From the NCBI RefSeq assembly GCF_009914755.1, contig NC_060926.1: 64,000 bases of DNA; one strand, 5' to 3'. The stretch comes from the human T2T-CHM13v2.0 reference genome, Homo sapiens. Below the pieces are notes generated by a model. That model was given only the letters and a program-made list of their open reading frames with translations, did no database searches and was not told the DNA's origin. The position numbers were made by a program, and so were the translations under genes. Numbering within the stretch: position 1 is the first letter of the stretch; each line of letters begins with the position of its first letter. Below, in pieces: positions 48,801-62,351 of this stretch.

Positions 48801-49249
48801 GTTCAACAATATTCTGTAGTTCTTGGTATACATGTTTTGTACTTCTTTGTTAAATTTATCTATAAGTGCTTCATTATTTTTGATGCTATTATAAATTAAA
48901 AGAAGTATTTCCTAGTATTAATTTTCATAGTTCTGAAAAATAATTTTAAAAAGAATGTTTCTACTTGTTATATTCTGTGTTCTTTGGGGGTAGGGACTTT
49001 TCTTTTATTAGAATAGGCAATCTGTGTTTCTTTTTTCTTGAACTGGGATATGTCAAATTGAAAATGTGGATGCTGATACAACCTCTGCCAATACAACCTC
49101 TCCTCGGTACCTCCATCTCCCATTCCCATGTGGAGCATATAACGAAGTCTGTGAGCACATATTGATATAGAAATGATGACTCTATTGTTGGGTATGTGTT
49201 ATAGAAGGCTTCTAGATAGAAAAGAAAATTGCTTATAAAAATCCTTCCT

Positions 49250-49546
49250 GGCCGGGTGCGGTGGCTCACGCCTGTAATCCCAGCACTTTGGGAGGCCGAG
49301 GCAGGTGGATCACGAGGTCAGGAAATCGAGACCATCCTGGCTAACACGGTGAAACCCCATCTCTACTAAAAATACAAAAAGAAATTAGCCGGACGTGGTG
49401 GCAGGCGCCTGTAGTCCCAGCTACTCGGGAGGCTGAGGCAGGAGAATGGCGTGAACCTGGGAGGCAGAGCTTTCAGTGAGTCGAGATCGCGCCACTGCAC
49501 TCCAGCCTGGGCGACAGAGCGAAACTCCGTCTCAAAAAAAAAAAAA
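49250..49546 (+). mobile_element. AluY
   Basis: Y diagnostics, CpG-rich. The TSD aaaaatccttcc is at 49237-49248 and again immediately after the tail. Confidence 0.96.
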
Positions 49547-50154
49547 AAAAAATCCTTCCCCAAAAGTACCAAACGCAAAAAAAAAAAAAAAAAAAAAAAA
49601 GTAGAAGAAGAAAGAACAGAAGTAGTGAACAAGATGACATAGATCACCTGCTCTACCACCTGGTCCCAGGGCATGGCACTTGCAGTGTCAGATCTTCTCC
49701 CTCTGTGGGGATGTGGCTATTGATATACGGGATGGCTTTGTTAGTTAGATTGACATCTATGAACATCTTCTCAACAAGATATTTCCTCCTACTTCTAGCA
49801 AGGGCTTTATCCTCCTATGATGCCTCCATCCTAGAAATCCCCATCATCCTGCAAAATAGGACCCAAGTTGAGTCCTGTTGACTCTTTTCCTCTGGAAAGA
49901 TTGCCCCAAGGGTATAGGATCCAAAACACAGCCTGTGCTCTTGTTAGCTTGTTTTTCCTTAGAATCCACTCAGAAAAGCAGAGACATTAATCACTGTTGG
50001 CCTAACTACTTAAGGCCGAATAGAAGTTTAGTAATACTTAGCAACTGAAATATTTTTACAGCTAAATTTCACTGTCCAATACAATGTTATTTTGGTTAAT
50101 ATGCTCTAGACAATGTACAGTATTTTAAAACAAAACATTAGGTAAAAATTTTAC

Positions 50155-50248
50155 CCTTTTTCCTTCTTAAGGTAATGGGGAGACGGTTATCATAAACAGT
50201 GTCTTTTGGAAAATCCTCCACAACACAGTCTAATGACTGCTTGTCTTT
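50155..50248 (-). CDS. Candidate 94-nt internal exon, KDKQSLDCVVEDFPKDTVYDNRLPITLRRKK, of an unidentified minus-strand gene
   Basis: On the minus strand, acceptor 'ttctctttatgtacattttttttgcaaag' and donor 'AGG|gtaaaa'. Unique sequence with only one open frame (phase 0 to phase 1). Confidence 0.45.
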
Positions 50249-52789
50249 CTTTGCAAAAAAAATGTACATAAAGAGAAACCCAAGGAGCCTATTAAATGGC
50301 ATATTATAGAAAATCAAAGTGAGGAAGAAGACACATGTACAACTATACTCAGAAAACATACACATACACACAGTAAACATACAAATTATGAATTGCTTCT
50401 AAGGTTTTTCATCAACATGTACATGCTATTACATCATTTGTTTCTCTCCTATCAATCACTAATAGACACAAGAAATGATGAAAAGAGAGTTAACATTTAC
50501 TGAATTTCTCCAGGGTGGCACACACTCAACTTCATATACAATATTTCCTTTCACTTTGAAGACAACCTGATGAGGTATGTAAGTGTTGCTCCCATTTCAG
50601 ATGAGGGAGCTGACCACAAGGCCATACTCCCCCTATTACACAGTGATGATAAAAATCTTAAAATGATGTATCAGTCAAAAACTTAAAATGAAGAGAATAA
50701 TATTATATGATTTGTTTTCAATGAAGAAGACTTTCATTGTTTCATTTTTGCATATGACTCTTGACTCAGCTTTTATTGCATCAGTTTCCTCAAGAGATGT
50801 ACCAAATGCTATCCTAAGTATTTTATATATATATAAACTATTTTAATTTTACCAGTAACCCATGAGGTTTATACGCTGTTATGATTACCACCCACATTGA
50901 ACTGATGAAGAAAACAGGGGACTGGGAAATTAACATGGATGCCTAATGTAAGAAGCTACTGAGTAACAAAACAGGCTTTTGAGCCCAGGGAGTCCAAGGT
51001 CTGTGTCATTCTGTCCTATTGCTTCTTAGCACAGATGTTGGAAACCAGAGATTTGAGGATATGTGTGCTCAGCCAGTCATTAGGTGATGTGTATCTAGTC
51101 CTGATTTTACCACACATTAGCTGAAGACTTTGCAGAAGTCACTTAACATCTTTGGGCCTTACTTTCTTCTTCTGTAAAAGGAAGGAGTCACAGATACAGA
51201 TGGCAAGGGTTAGCCAAAAAAATAAAAATAAAGCTGTTAGGAAGGAAAAATAAAGTATATTTTGATAAATCTTCATGTAATACTTGTGTTTAAGGGGCTT
51301 TTATAGCTCAACATCATCTCAATTTACCTTTTGGAGAACACAGATTATGGTTTCTAAATAATCATTCTGACTTCAAGGTGTATAATGGTGTCTCAATGGC
51401 TATTGAATCAAACCCAGATTTCTTTCATTGGTATACAAGTTCTTCTATAACATGTGTTTATTCAATTTTATTTCTTCCTACCCTCTGACTCAAGTTCTCT
51501 ACTTTAGTTAGTATCTGTCTTATATATGTGCCTAGTTCATTCTCACCCCTCACTCTCTTGACCTCCTCATGGGAAAAACTTCTCCTCTCTATCCCTTCCA
51601 AATCCATGTCTTGTTCAACATACAGCTCAAACCCTTTCTTCCCCCCATTAAGCACTGTATTTTTCTCTCTCACATAGTTTAACCCTGGGACATAAAGAAT
51701 CTTTTATTGTAAACTAACTAATCAATTTCCACTTGTTTTTCCACCAACTAGATTAAGAACTAAGGCCATATATTTCCTCCACTTATAACTTCTTCCCTCG
51801 GTAATCTACTGTGTACATTAATGAATTCAGTAAATGCATGTTGACTTATTCACTGACCTCTGATATGCATACTACACAAATACTTTGTACGTTAAACTAT
51901 CATTTCCAGAGAATTCAGTAGCAAGTGCCAAAATGAAATTACATGTGGCTGAATCTTGTTTTAGGTTCTGTTTCTGAATATTGGAGATTTCAAATAGGAA
52001 TAATGTGGAAAAATCATGCTTCCAAATGGATATCTAGGTAATGAGCATTTTAACAAATGACAACGCCTTGATTTGTTGAAGCAGTGCAGAACAGGAGAAA
52101 TGACTGTAGGTTTACATCTTGGCTCAGCCACCAACCAGAGTGTTATTTGGGGCAAGTTATAGAATATACGTTTGGTGAAATGTGAACAATAGAACCAACA
52201 ACAAGAAGTTGTGATGTGTTTTAAATGAAAGAACATAAGTGAGTCATTTCATGCCTGGCTCACGGTAAATAGCCAATAAATAAGCAAATGGTCTATATCT
52301 TGATTATAAAATGTTATACATTTGTCAAAACTCATCAAACAATATTCTTGAATATTACTATGTGTAAACACCCTAGTAAACCTGACTTTTAAAATAATGA
52401 TATTAAAAATGAGAGGCTAGGCAGCCAGAATCACAATCAAAATTATATCACAGATCCCATCTGCTGAGGACACCACAACCAATGAGGCTAAGCATGGAAC
52501 ATTAGGTACTCCTGCTGACACTGCTTGACCTGCCACATTACCAGAATAAATTCCCATCTTTCCATGCTTCTCTGCATCCCTAGCTCCAAATTCAGAAGTC
52601 CCAGATGGATGGAGATGATTTGTTGAAATAGATCACATGCAACACCACGACTGTGAAGAACCTTAGGAAAAAGCATCCTATCTTGTTGGTTTCTGTAGTA
52701 AGAAAGCTGGCCAGAACTCAAATGAAGGAGAATTCTCAAACACAGAAAAAGCATTTTAAAAATCAACTACACTGCAACATTTAGAAATT

Positions 52790-53555
52790 TTTGCAAATTA
52801 ATAAGAAAAAGACAGGCACATCAATATAACATTAAAGTATATAAAATGGCAATGCCCTTATCCCAAACATAATAACATTTGAAAATATTTGATATTTAAT
52901 CTCACATTAATTACTAGTAATGAATGTTAAGTTAAAATTATAACATATTTTAAACATAAACTTGGCAAATCGGCTTTTTATGTGTCCAGGTTTGAAAAGG
53001 ATTTGGGGAAATGAATACTTTAATAAACCGAGATGGCAGTATACATTGCTATTATAACATTTCTTGAGAGTACTTGGCAATACCTATTAAAACCTTCAAA
53101 AATGTTCATGCTCCTTGATCAAGCAATTTCATTTCTATGGATTCAACCTAATAAAATATTTTTAAAACTACACAAAGACAGATACACAAGTTTTGCTTCT
53201 AATAGCAAAATTTGGGGAAATTACCAAGGTCCAATTGTAGACAATTGATTACATAAACCATATGACATTCTTCATACTAAAGAATATTAATCACATAAAA
53301 TTGTGTTGTGAATAATATTTAGTGACATGGAAAAAATAAATGTCCACTTCATCAAGTAAAATAAAGTTTATCAAGATTTGTGTACCTCTGATAAAATATC
53401 TTCACTTACATGGAAAGATACTGCAACTATACATACAAAATGTTAAGAGTGGTATTTCTGAATGGTGATAGCCTAAGTGGTTTTTTGTTTTGTTCAACTA
53501 TTTTTTTTAAAAAACTATTTAACAAATGTGTCTTTTATATTGAGAAAAACAACAA
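52790..53555 (+). mobile_element. Very old L1ME-like 3' fragment
   Basis: 'cttggcaatacctattaaaaccttcaaaaatgttcatgctccttgatcaagcaatttcatttctatgg', 'aaaatgttaagagtggtatttctg'. Confidence 0.6.
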
Positions 53556-55084
53556 ACTTATTTTTTGAAGTTAGAAGTTGTCCTCTCAGCCTCCAAAGAC
53601 TCATTTCCCTTAACTAATCATTATGTATTTATCATCTCTGGATGTATCCAATTCCATTTTAAAGCTAGTTTCACATTTTCCATCAAAATCACCTCCTTCA
53701 GTATCAAATTTCATATGTTTACTACCTGCAGCAAATTACATATTTTTTATTTGTGTTAAGATTTCCTCTTTTAAACTTCAAAAGAAGCTTGCATAAGAAA
53801 GGAATTAACATTTATTGAACACCTACTATGTGCCAGGAACTATTTAAATCCCATTCACATATGTTAGTTCATTTGCATTTAAGTCTGGTTCCAATTATAC
53901 ATAACTTTCATAATTTGACAGGCGTCAATCATTTTTCATTTTCGCCTGCATATTGCCAGACAGATGAGAGCACATATTTTTAGATTGTCCTCAGATGGCA
54001 GCACTCACATTCCCTTGATTCAGTTCAGGTGCCCTTTTCTGGACCTGCTCTAGCTATTCTTCTGGTTCCAAAATTCCACACATTGTTCTCCTGACTCTAA
54101 TACTCTTTTTGATAATGCCCCAAAATTGCTGGCATTTGGGGAAGTAGGCTGCTTTCCTGTGGGAGAATCTACTCTTGGAAATCACTCAAGTAACCCCCAG
54201 TTCATAAGAATGAAAAGATTAGCAATATATTTCATCAGTATATTTTAAATATAAATTAAACCTACATCTCACACATCTGAGTCCCTGTTAATAACATAAC
54301 AACAAATGCTTCCACGGCAATATATTTCTCAGTTCCTATTTTTAACGAGGTTCTACCTTCTGGAAGATGATCTTATTCATTCATTCTCTGTGCCTTGTCT
54401 GGACAACAAAGTAGATATGTTCTATGCCAAATTGATCTGGAAACCCGAAGAAACATAATTATCATTAAGCAATACTTTGGCTTCTAGGGTCAGGAGAAAT
54501 CTCAAGGATTGGAAACTGAAGACTAAATCTGTTCATTTGGTTCAGCAATGCAGTCATTCTGTATTAAGAAGCTATGGCTAAAAATGACCCAAAATCACAG
54601 AACACCTCTGTTCTTTCTCTATGTCTCTCTCTCCAACAAAACATGTAAAGTAATTACAGTGATTGAGTTAAAAGGTTCTTGAAATTATGGTTATGCAAAG
54701 GATGGCAGGGAGTCACAGAATGACCTTGGTAACCCCAGCAAGCTGATCTCTCTACAAGATCATCCTAAAAAACTTTGGTTTCTATTCTTCAGGAGCTAAT
54801 GAGCTAAGGAAATTTGATAACTAACACATGACTTTATATTTCAGTATTAAAACTTTATTACTGCAATGAATATGGGTACTGGGCCATAGAGCCAAACCCC
54901 CAAAAAAATCTCCAAATGGAGCTAATGAAAATTATGAGGCAGACCAAGAGGAAATCAAGCAGAAGTCCTAAAATAAATCAAATACTCCATAAAGCCATAC
55001 ATGAATGCCAATGTCTATGGACAGGATTACCATATGCCTTATAGACCAATCATGTTATATGAGGCTTTTACTATAAAACTCATA

Positions 55085-55790
55085 GAATCTAATTGATTCT
55101 CAAGGCTTTAAAGGAATTAGAATCTGGCCAAAACTCCACCATATTTATAAGAGTCCTCTTCAATATAACCATCAAGGGACCACCCGGCCTCTGCTTAAAA
55201 CTGCCCAGGGATAGGGAGCTTATTAACTCCTGAAGCAGCCTATTTCAGCTCCAGAAAGCTCAAATCACTAGAAAGTTCTTTTATTACTAAACTGAAATCT
55301 GCTGCTGTGATCTTTCTGTATTCATCCTCTAGGAAGACAGTACATCTGAGGGTTTCCTAAAATGAATGCATATGGTTACTAAAAATTTCTAATGTGTATG
55401 CATATCGTGAATGTATACATTTTTCTCCATCAAATGTCAAAAGCATTTATCATATTCACAAAAGTTAAGAATCTCCATTGTAGGGTAATACAGAATAAAT
55501 CTAAACTTCATCCTGCATGAAAGATACCTGAAGACAAAAATCACACACAGTCTTTGTGTGATTATGAGTCCTCCTTTTTCAAACCAACCATATGTAATTC
55601 CTCAACCTGTTTCTCACTTCAGCAGCTTATTGAACTCATTACATTTTTCCAACATGTTAAGTGCCACCTGTATAATATAGTCCCCAAATTAAACACAATA
55701 CTCTGGATATTCTGCAGCACAAATAAAGCAAGTTTGTCACTGCCCTCTTTCCTGGGTGCTCTACATCTGTTAATGAAGCCTAAGCACTGA
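55085..55790 (-). mobile_element. CR1/L3 relic
   Basis: 'cctctgcttaaaactgcccagggatagggagcttatt..cctgaagcagcctatttc...agaaagttctt', 'ccccaaattaaacacaatactc'. Similar CR1-like text lies at ~53630-54130. Confidence 0.6.
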
Positions 55791-56575
55791 ACTGTTTCTA
55801 TCAGTTGGGAAGTTGCTAGCTCTGTGGCCAGGCATTGCTCTATACAAAAGTGAATAAGGACCCAGGAAAGTGGGGTGGCAGTCCAGCCAACAGAGCTGTT
55901 CACTTCACTAGCCAGGTGCATGGCCAGGGTCGGGGAAGTCCAGAGCTGTTGAGTCATGGGCCAGCTCTCTTCCATAGGTAGGAGGAAAACCTTAACATAT
56001 GTACAAGCTGCAAAAGGTCTCTAGGCACCTACTTACTACCACCTAATATTATCAAAATGCCAGGTTGCATCTGTCAATAGACCATCTCTACACAACACTT
56101 AAGCAATAAGTCAATCAATCAATAAAAGTTCTCTTCTCTATTCCACAGACTTGATGCTTCCTTACCAGAATCTTTGCTAGAGGACAGAAGAAAGATTTGA
56201 GTTCATCTTTCTAACTTTTCTGTATTAATAAAGGAAAGAAAATGAGGTGTAAAAGAGGCACCCAGAAAGACATATCATCTGATAAGAAAGTGATTCTTCT
56301 GATTCCTCTACCTTGAACCACCTTCTTTATTAGTTCCTCCACTAAAAGTTGCTAACAAAATTGGTCCATGCATGAGACTTACATGACACTATAACTTGCT
56401 AATGGGCAGTCTGGCTGTACTTTAAAAGAAAGTTTTCATGACCTATGGATTCTCTTGCCGTCCTGTCTTGGACCAGGCAGCACCTGCCACTGGAAAGAAG
56501 GGAGATGGTAATCCATTTCTTTTATTCCATGTAACTGAATAGATAAACAGACTTAACATCCTTCTGGAATGCAAC

Positions 56576-56766
56576 TAGAGTTGCCAATTTTTGCAAATAA
56601 AAATACAGAATTGCTAGTTAAATTTTAACATCAGATAAAGAATAAATAATTACTCGTGTAAGTATGCCCTGTGCAATATTTGAGATATACGTCACAGTGA
56701 AAATGTATGTATTGTTTATCTGATGTTCAAATTTAACTAGCTATCCTGTATTTTGCCTGACAACTA
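56576..56766. mobile_element. MER53 palindromic hAT MITE
   Basis: Arms 'gttgcca..tttgcaaataaaaatacaga..gctagttaaatttt aacatcagataaa' and 'tttatctgatgttcaaatttaactagctatcctgtatttt..ctgacaac'. Confidence 0.88.
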
Positions 56767-57189
56767 CACACCCAATTATTTCAACCCTTCTTTTCTACTT
56801 TCCTTCTCTCTTTCTCTCCCTCTTTCTTTCCTCCTTCATCCCAATATCTTTCTTTTTGTGCCAGCATATACATCAAGGGTTTGGAGGTTCTAAGATCTGA
56901 ACTAGGACCAAAAAAAAAAGAGTCTAAGAAATTCAAAGTGGACCTCAAGCCCAAGCACATTCTCCAAATCATCTTTAAGCAGAACTCTGCCCTTGGCATG
57001 GTGGCAGAAGATTCGTTATTCAGTTATTTTTAAACTTGTACTTTTTTTTTGTTTGAATAATGTTCCTCGACCACTGTAAAACTTCCTGATTAAGAGACAA
57101 GAGAGGAGAAGAGAGCAACAAAAAAAGATCCATACTTAGGGAGGCCCTGACTTAATGCCAACAAGTATTATCAAAACTTTATCTTTGAA

Positions 57190-57822
57190 CTGTCATACAT
57201 GCCTTGTGGAATGCACAATAGTACAGCTAGTGAGGAAAAGTTTGACAGCTTCTTATAAATTTACATATGCATATACTATATGACCCAGCAATCCCACTCC
57301 TAGAAAGAAAGTTGAAATGAAATCTCTTGTTCACACAAAAACCTGTGCACAAATATTTGTAGCACCTCTATTCTATTCATAATCACCAGAAACTGCAAAC
57401 AGCCCAAAACGTTCTTCACCAGATAATGAATAGACTAACTGGTACACCCATGAAACAGAAGACAAGGGCAATAAAAAGAAACAAACTAGATAATGAGCAA
57501 TAACTTGGACAAATCTCAAAGGCATTGTACCTGGTGAAAGAAACCAATCTCAAAAGGTTACACATTGTACAATGCTACACATATTACATTCTCAAAACAA
57601 TACAAAACTATAGTGCCACAAAACAGATCAATGGTTACCAGGAGTTACAGGTGGGGACAGAGAAGACTTATAAACGGATAGTGTGAGAAAATGCTTTGGG
57701 GTGAGGAAACTGTTCTGTGTGTGTCTTGAGTGTGGTGGTGTTTCCAGTATGTATACGTAAGTCAGAACTGGTAGAACTGCACGCCAAAAAATATGCTATT
57801 TTACTTTATGTTAATTTAAAGA
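57190..57822 (+). mobile_element. L1MD/ME-like 3' end
   Basis: 'atatgacccagcaatcccactcctag', 'gaaagaaaccaatctcaaaaggttaca', 'aacagatcaatggttaccagg'. Confidence 0.8.
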
Positions 57823-59305
57823 TTTTCTCTAAGAGTGGGGGCATCTTAACATGAACCCATAACAACAGCTCAAAAAAAAAAGAGAGAACTAGCACCCTTA
57901 AATTATACTCTGTGTAACTAGAATTAAATCTGCTTCTTCATGTCCCTGCTTTTTACAGCTCTTCCCCTTCATAAACAATTGAATACGTGGATTTGGTGGA
58001 GCTACTTTGAGCCCCTGTACATAAATTGCTATTTTTTACAGATATGGGAATCAAATCTTAACTTAATCCAAAGCGATGCATCTTATGAATCTTTGTGTCA
58101 CAGATTTCTTGCTGTGGCCTAAAATCAGACCCTAAAGATCCAGTACTGAATTCTAAAGTATAACACTACTACTCCATTGACATTGCAGATACAGCTTTGG
58201 GTAGCTAGGGTACCTGTTATGTGACCTCAGTGCAATGCTGTCAATCAGAGTTTGAGCTCCTGCTCCAGATATGATTAACCTGATTGTCATGCTTTTTTCT
58301 GAATGATATGATATGATCCTACACAATGTAGGCTGATTCATAAGTCAAGCACAAGGAAATGTAAAATAGATGAGTTGTATGTATGTGAAAGGAAGCAAGC
58401 TCTATGAAAAATCCATCAAGTTATCAGTACATGAGGGTGTTTTTTTTTTTAACACAATTTAGAATTAACAGAGAAGAAAATAGGAAAGCAGATTCAACAA
58501 AGATTTTTGTCAAAGCAACTGTTCAGTCCTAGGAGGCTCCGCCAGCTGTCTGGTTGTGTAAGGAATCCACAGCCATGGCTCGCTGGTTGCAAAGCTGGGA
58601 ACGGAATCAGAACTGAAGCCTCATTGCCATAGGAACACTAACGTCTGCATTTTTCTTTTCTTCGTAAAACTGTACATGAGAACTGCTAATAAATTTCACA
58701 TATCTTGGCTTTATAAGAGAAAAATCTCAAGATGTGCATAACTTGGCAATTTTCTTCAAGTTTGGAAGCTTGATGGAGTTTTCAGAGTATTCCTCAAGGA
58801 TGTGTCCTAATTTATTTTTTAAAAAGATAGATGATATAAAAAAGTCACATACATTCTAAACTTCAGTGAAAATAAAAATAAAAATAATGCTCTTTAAAAA
58901 ATATCTTAAAGAAACAGAGGGCTCTGCAGCCACATATATCTATCAGATTCCTTGTCATATGGACTCCTTGCAGATGTTTAATCATGTCATTCCTAGTGAT
59001 CCATCTTTCTTTCTTTTTCACTTCTAGGTATTACAACAATCTGTTTCTATAAGGATGACCAATGACATTGTTTTTGATTCAACAAATATGTGTTAACACC
59101 TACCTTGTACCATGCCAGAAATCGTGCTAGGCATTGAGGGAAAAAAAATAGATGCCTAAGATGGAGTTCTTGTCATCGAAGAGTTCAGTCTGGTAAGGTT
59201 AACAGTCTGGTCAAGGAGACATCCAGACGAAAATATAATGAGGCAAATACAACCAGGAAACTGCCAGTCACAAGGCATTGTGCAAAAACTGATTAATTCC
59301 ATGTT

Positions 59306-59780
59306 ACCAAAAAGACGCCTGCACTCATATGTTTATCACAGCACTATTTACAATAGCAAAGTCATGGAATCAATCCAAGTGCCCATCAATGGTAAATTAA
59401 ATAAAGAAAATGTGATACATATATATCATGGAATACTAAACAACCATTAAAAAAATAATAAAGTATTGTCCTTTGCAACAACATGGATGCAGCTGAAGGC
59501 CATTATTCTACGTGAATTAATGCAAAAATAGAAAGTCAAATGCTGCATTTCTCACTCTGAGTGGGAACTAAACAATGGGTACACATGGACATAAAGATAG
59601 AAACAATAGACACTCCCCAGTGTCCAAAAGGAGACAGGGAGGGGGAAAACGGCTATCTATTGGGCATTATGCTTACTCTTTGGGTAATGGGTTCACTAGA
59701 TGCCCAAACCCCACCATTACAGAATATGCCCGTGTAACAAACCTGCACATGTACCCCCTGAATCTATACTTTTTTAAAAA
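59306..59780 (+). mobile_element. 5'-truncated L1 (L1PB4/L1PA16-like) 3' end
   Basis: 'aaagacgcctgcactcatatgtttatcacagcacta', ending 'acctgcacatgtaccccctgaatcta'. Confidence 0.85.
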
Positions 59781-60297
59781 AATGATAACTATCAGAAAGC
59801 AGAAGCTAAAGGCAAGGATGGAAACTTCCCCTGGGACTAACAACTGAATTCTGTATTGACAAAGCAAGAGTTGACCAGTTGAACAATGTAAGAATGAACA
59901 TTCTTACCAGAGATGAGAATGTACAATGACCAGGTTGAACAAAAACCAATTCAAAGATTTAGTCAAGAACCAAGTTATATATATGCAGTATAGTAACAAT
60001 ATGCACTGTTTCTATCTTCGAAAACATTATTCTCTTGGCAATATGAGAGCATGTCTCATATTATTCTCAGTGATCAGACTCAACAGTGATCAGACTCAAA
60101 CTTGGTTACATGTACATGTAAGGGAAATAAAATAAGCTTCTTATACGCTCATGATTCTTCTTCTCTATGGTATTTGAAATATGTAGGATATTGATAAAAA
60201 GAACAGACATTTCTGAATGTATTTAGCGACATATCATCATAACGAGATTACCAGAGTAATCATCATTTATCCAAAAATTTTTAAAGAATTTTTACAG

Positions 60298-60369
60298 CAC
60301 TTATATATCAACTTTTCTATGTTCCCCATTCCTCACTTATATATCAACTTTTCTATGTTCCCCATTCCT
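60298..60369. repeat. Perfect 36-bp tandem duplication
   Basis: cacttatatatcaacttttctatgttccccattcct occurs twice in tandem. Confidence 0.97.
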
Positions 60370-60572
60370 CCATTGAATATGATTATCTTTTACAGACACA
60401 GTATGGTAAATATATTGTTGATTAAGATGGTATATATGTTATTTTTATAAATTGGGGATTTTTTAACCAAAGCTTTTGTTGTCATCTCACTTTGAATGAA
60501 TTAACATCAAATATTCCTATTTTTACTAATTTGGAAATTAGGAACGTATAAAGAGATTTATGACAAACTCAC

Positions 60573-60626
60573 CTGTGAATCTTGAAGAAAATGAATTTGC
60601 CACAAGCTACAAGAATTACTAGATGA
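60573..60626 (-). CDS. Candidate exon, SSSNSCSLWQIHFLQDSQ (acceptor uncertain; alternative starts at 60618 or 60606)
   Basis: Consensus donor 'CAG|gtgagt' and acceptor 'ttttatcctttgtcatctaatcatag'. A frame ending in phase 0 is open. Confidence 0.4.
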
Positions 60627-62058
60627 CTATGATTAGATGACAAAGGATAAAATAAATATGTTAAAAATAATAAATGTCATATATAATGAAATTTCATAAT
60701 AAAACAAATGCCCTAATCATTAGTCTAAATTTTTAGAATTCATTAATAAATAAAAAAGGTGTGTTTCATATTAATAAACAGCATGTGGACAGCTGTAAAG
60801 CCAACACTGACAATTCTCACTAGCTAATGAAAGTGGGTTTACTTTAAAGAGCTTAATTGTGGCAAGACTCATTCCTAAGAAACCCCTCATACTTAGGCTT
60901 CAGAGAAGTTTTAAATATCTGATACCAAAGGGGAAAAAATGTTATGAGTTGGAGATTCAATTACCTAATTACTATTAAATTTGCTGGAAAGAATTAGTAC
61001 CACTCTTCTCTTATAATGATGAAGCTAAAATGGCAAAAGCTAGAAGTAATTCCAGGATTTTCATTATGTTATCTATTGAACAATCTCTGGTATATCTCTA
61101 CTCATGAATTAATATCTTGCTTAAGAGTGCCTTCTCTCCTAGCAGGATGAATGTTACCTTAAGTCAAATGCTATATTAAGTTGATATAAATTTGCAAAAT
61201 CAGAGTTATAAAAAGAATATGTACTATTTTACTCAAATTATGCACCATCATTGAACAGTTCTAACACCTAATTTAGAGTACTTTGTTTTAATATTAGCAT
61301 TATTTTGATAAAATTGCACACACCTTTTCTACATTATAATGTATGAAAATTCTATTTCTATAATATTTGCTTCTCTAGTTATAAAGTAGCTCCAGAGTCA
61401 TGGTTAATATATTCATGCCAAGGCTTCTTTCATCATCTGTCTAAAGCGACATTGAAACTGAAGATTTTTTTTAATTTGGCAGTCATTGAATATACTCATT
61501 TTATGCAGAGCTCATGCAGTATGATATAGCTGCTCACTTAGTGCCTCAGCCTACCAAGAAAATTATATAATTATATAAAATGCATTGTTGGTCCTTTCCT
61601 CTGTGCACTCAGAGAAGAAAGATATTTCAACTTTGACTTTGCACCACCAACAATGGTAAGACTGGCAGAGCTGATATTTTTTTAAGAACTGCCAATTATA
61701 CCATTACAAATGCAAATCTTCATTAGAAAAAAATAGTAATACCTTTAGCAAACAGACATACCAAAATAACTGTCAAATTGTTCAATTTGGTTAAAATAAT
61801 CAGTGAAATATTAATAATTTACTAGTAGAGTAAAACAATTTTGGACGTCAAGAAAACTGAACAATATTCACAAGTCTGTAAATGAAACCACACAATATCT
61901 TCATGTGGGACATACACCTGTAATGTTGGTCATCAGTCTGTATTAAAATGTTATATAACATGGAAAATTTAATCTTATATGTTTTAAATTAATGATGAGA
62001 TTTGCAGGCTGATATGACTGCAAAAGTGTGGTCTAGTAATTGTTTCCTAAATTCTTCA

Positions 62059-62351
62059 CTTTTTTTTAATTATACTTTAAGTTCTAGGGTACATGTGCAC
62101 AACGTGCAGTTTTGTTACATATGTATACATGTCCCATGTTGGTGTGCTGTGCTGCACCCATTAACTCGTCATTTACATTAGGTATATCTCCTAATGCTAT
62201 CCCTCCCCACTCCCCCAACCCCACAACAGGCCCTGGTGTGTGATGTTCCCCACCCTGTGTCCAAGTGTTCTCATTGTTCAATTCCCACCTATGAGTGAGA
62301 ATGTGCGGTGTTTGCTTTTCTGTCCTTAGGATAGTTTGCTCAGAATGATGG
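62059..62351 (-). mobile_element. 5'-truncated L1PA5-like 3' end (~290 bp)
   Basis: 'ttatactttaagttctagggtacatgtgcacaacgtgcag...cccattaactcgtcatttacattaggtatatctcc...ctcagaatgatgg'. Confidence 0.93.

Noticed and set aside
60298-60369. 36-bp direct repeat as a CRISPR-like array
   Set aside because: There are only two adjacent copies, no spacers and no cas genes, and the context is primate.
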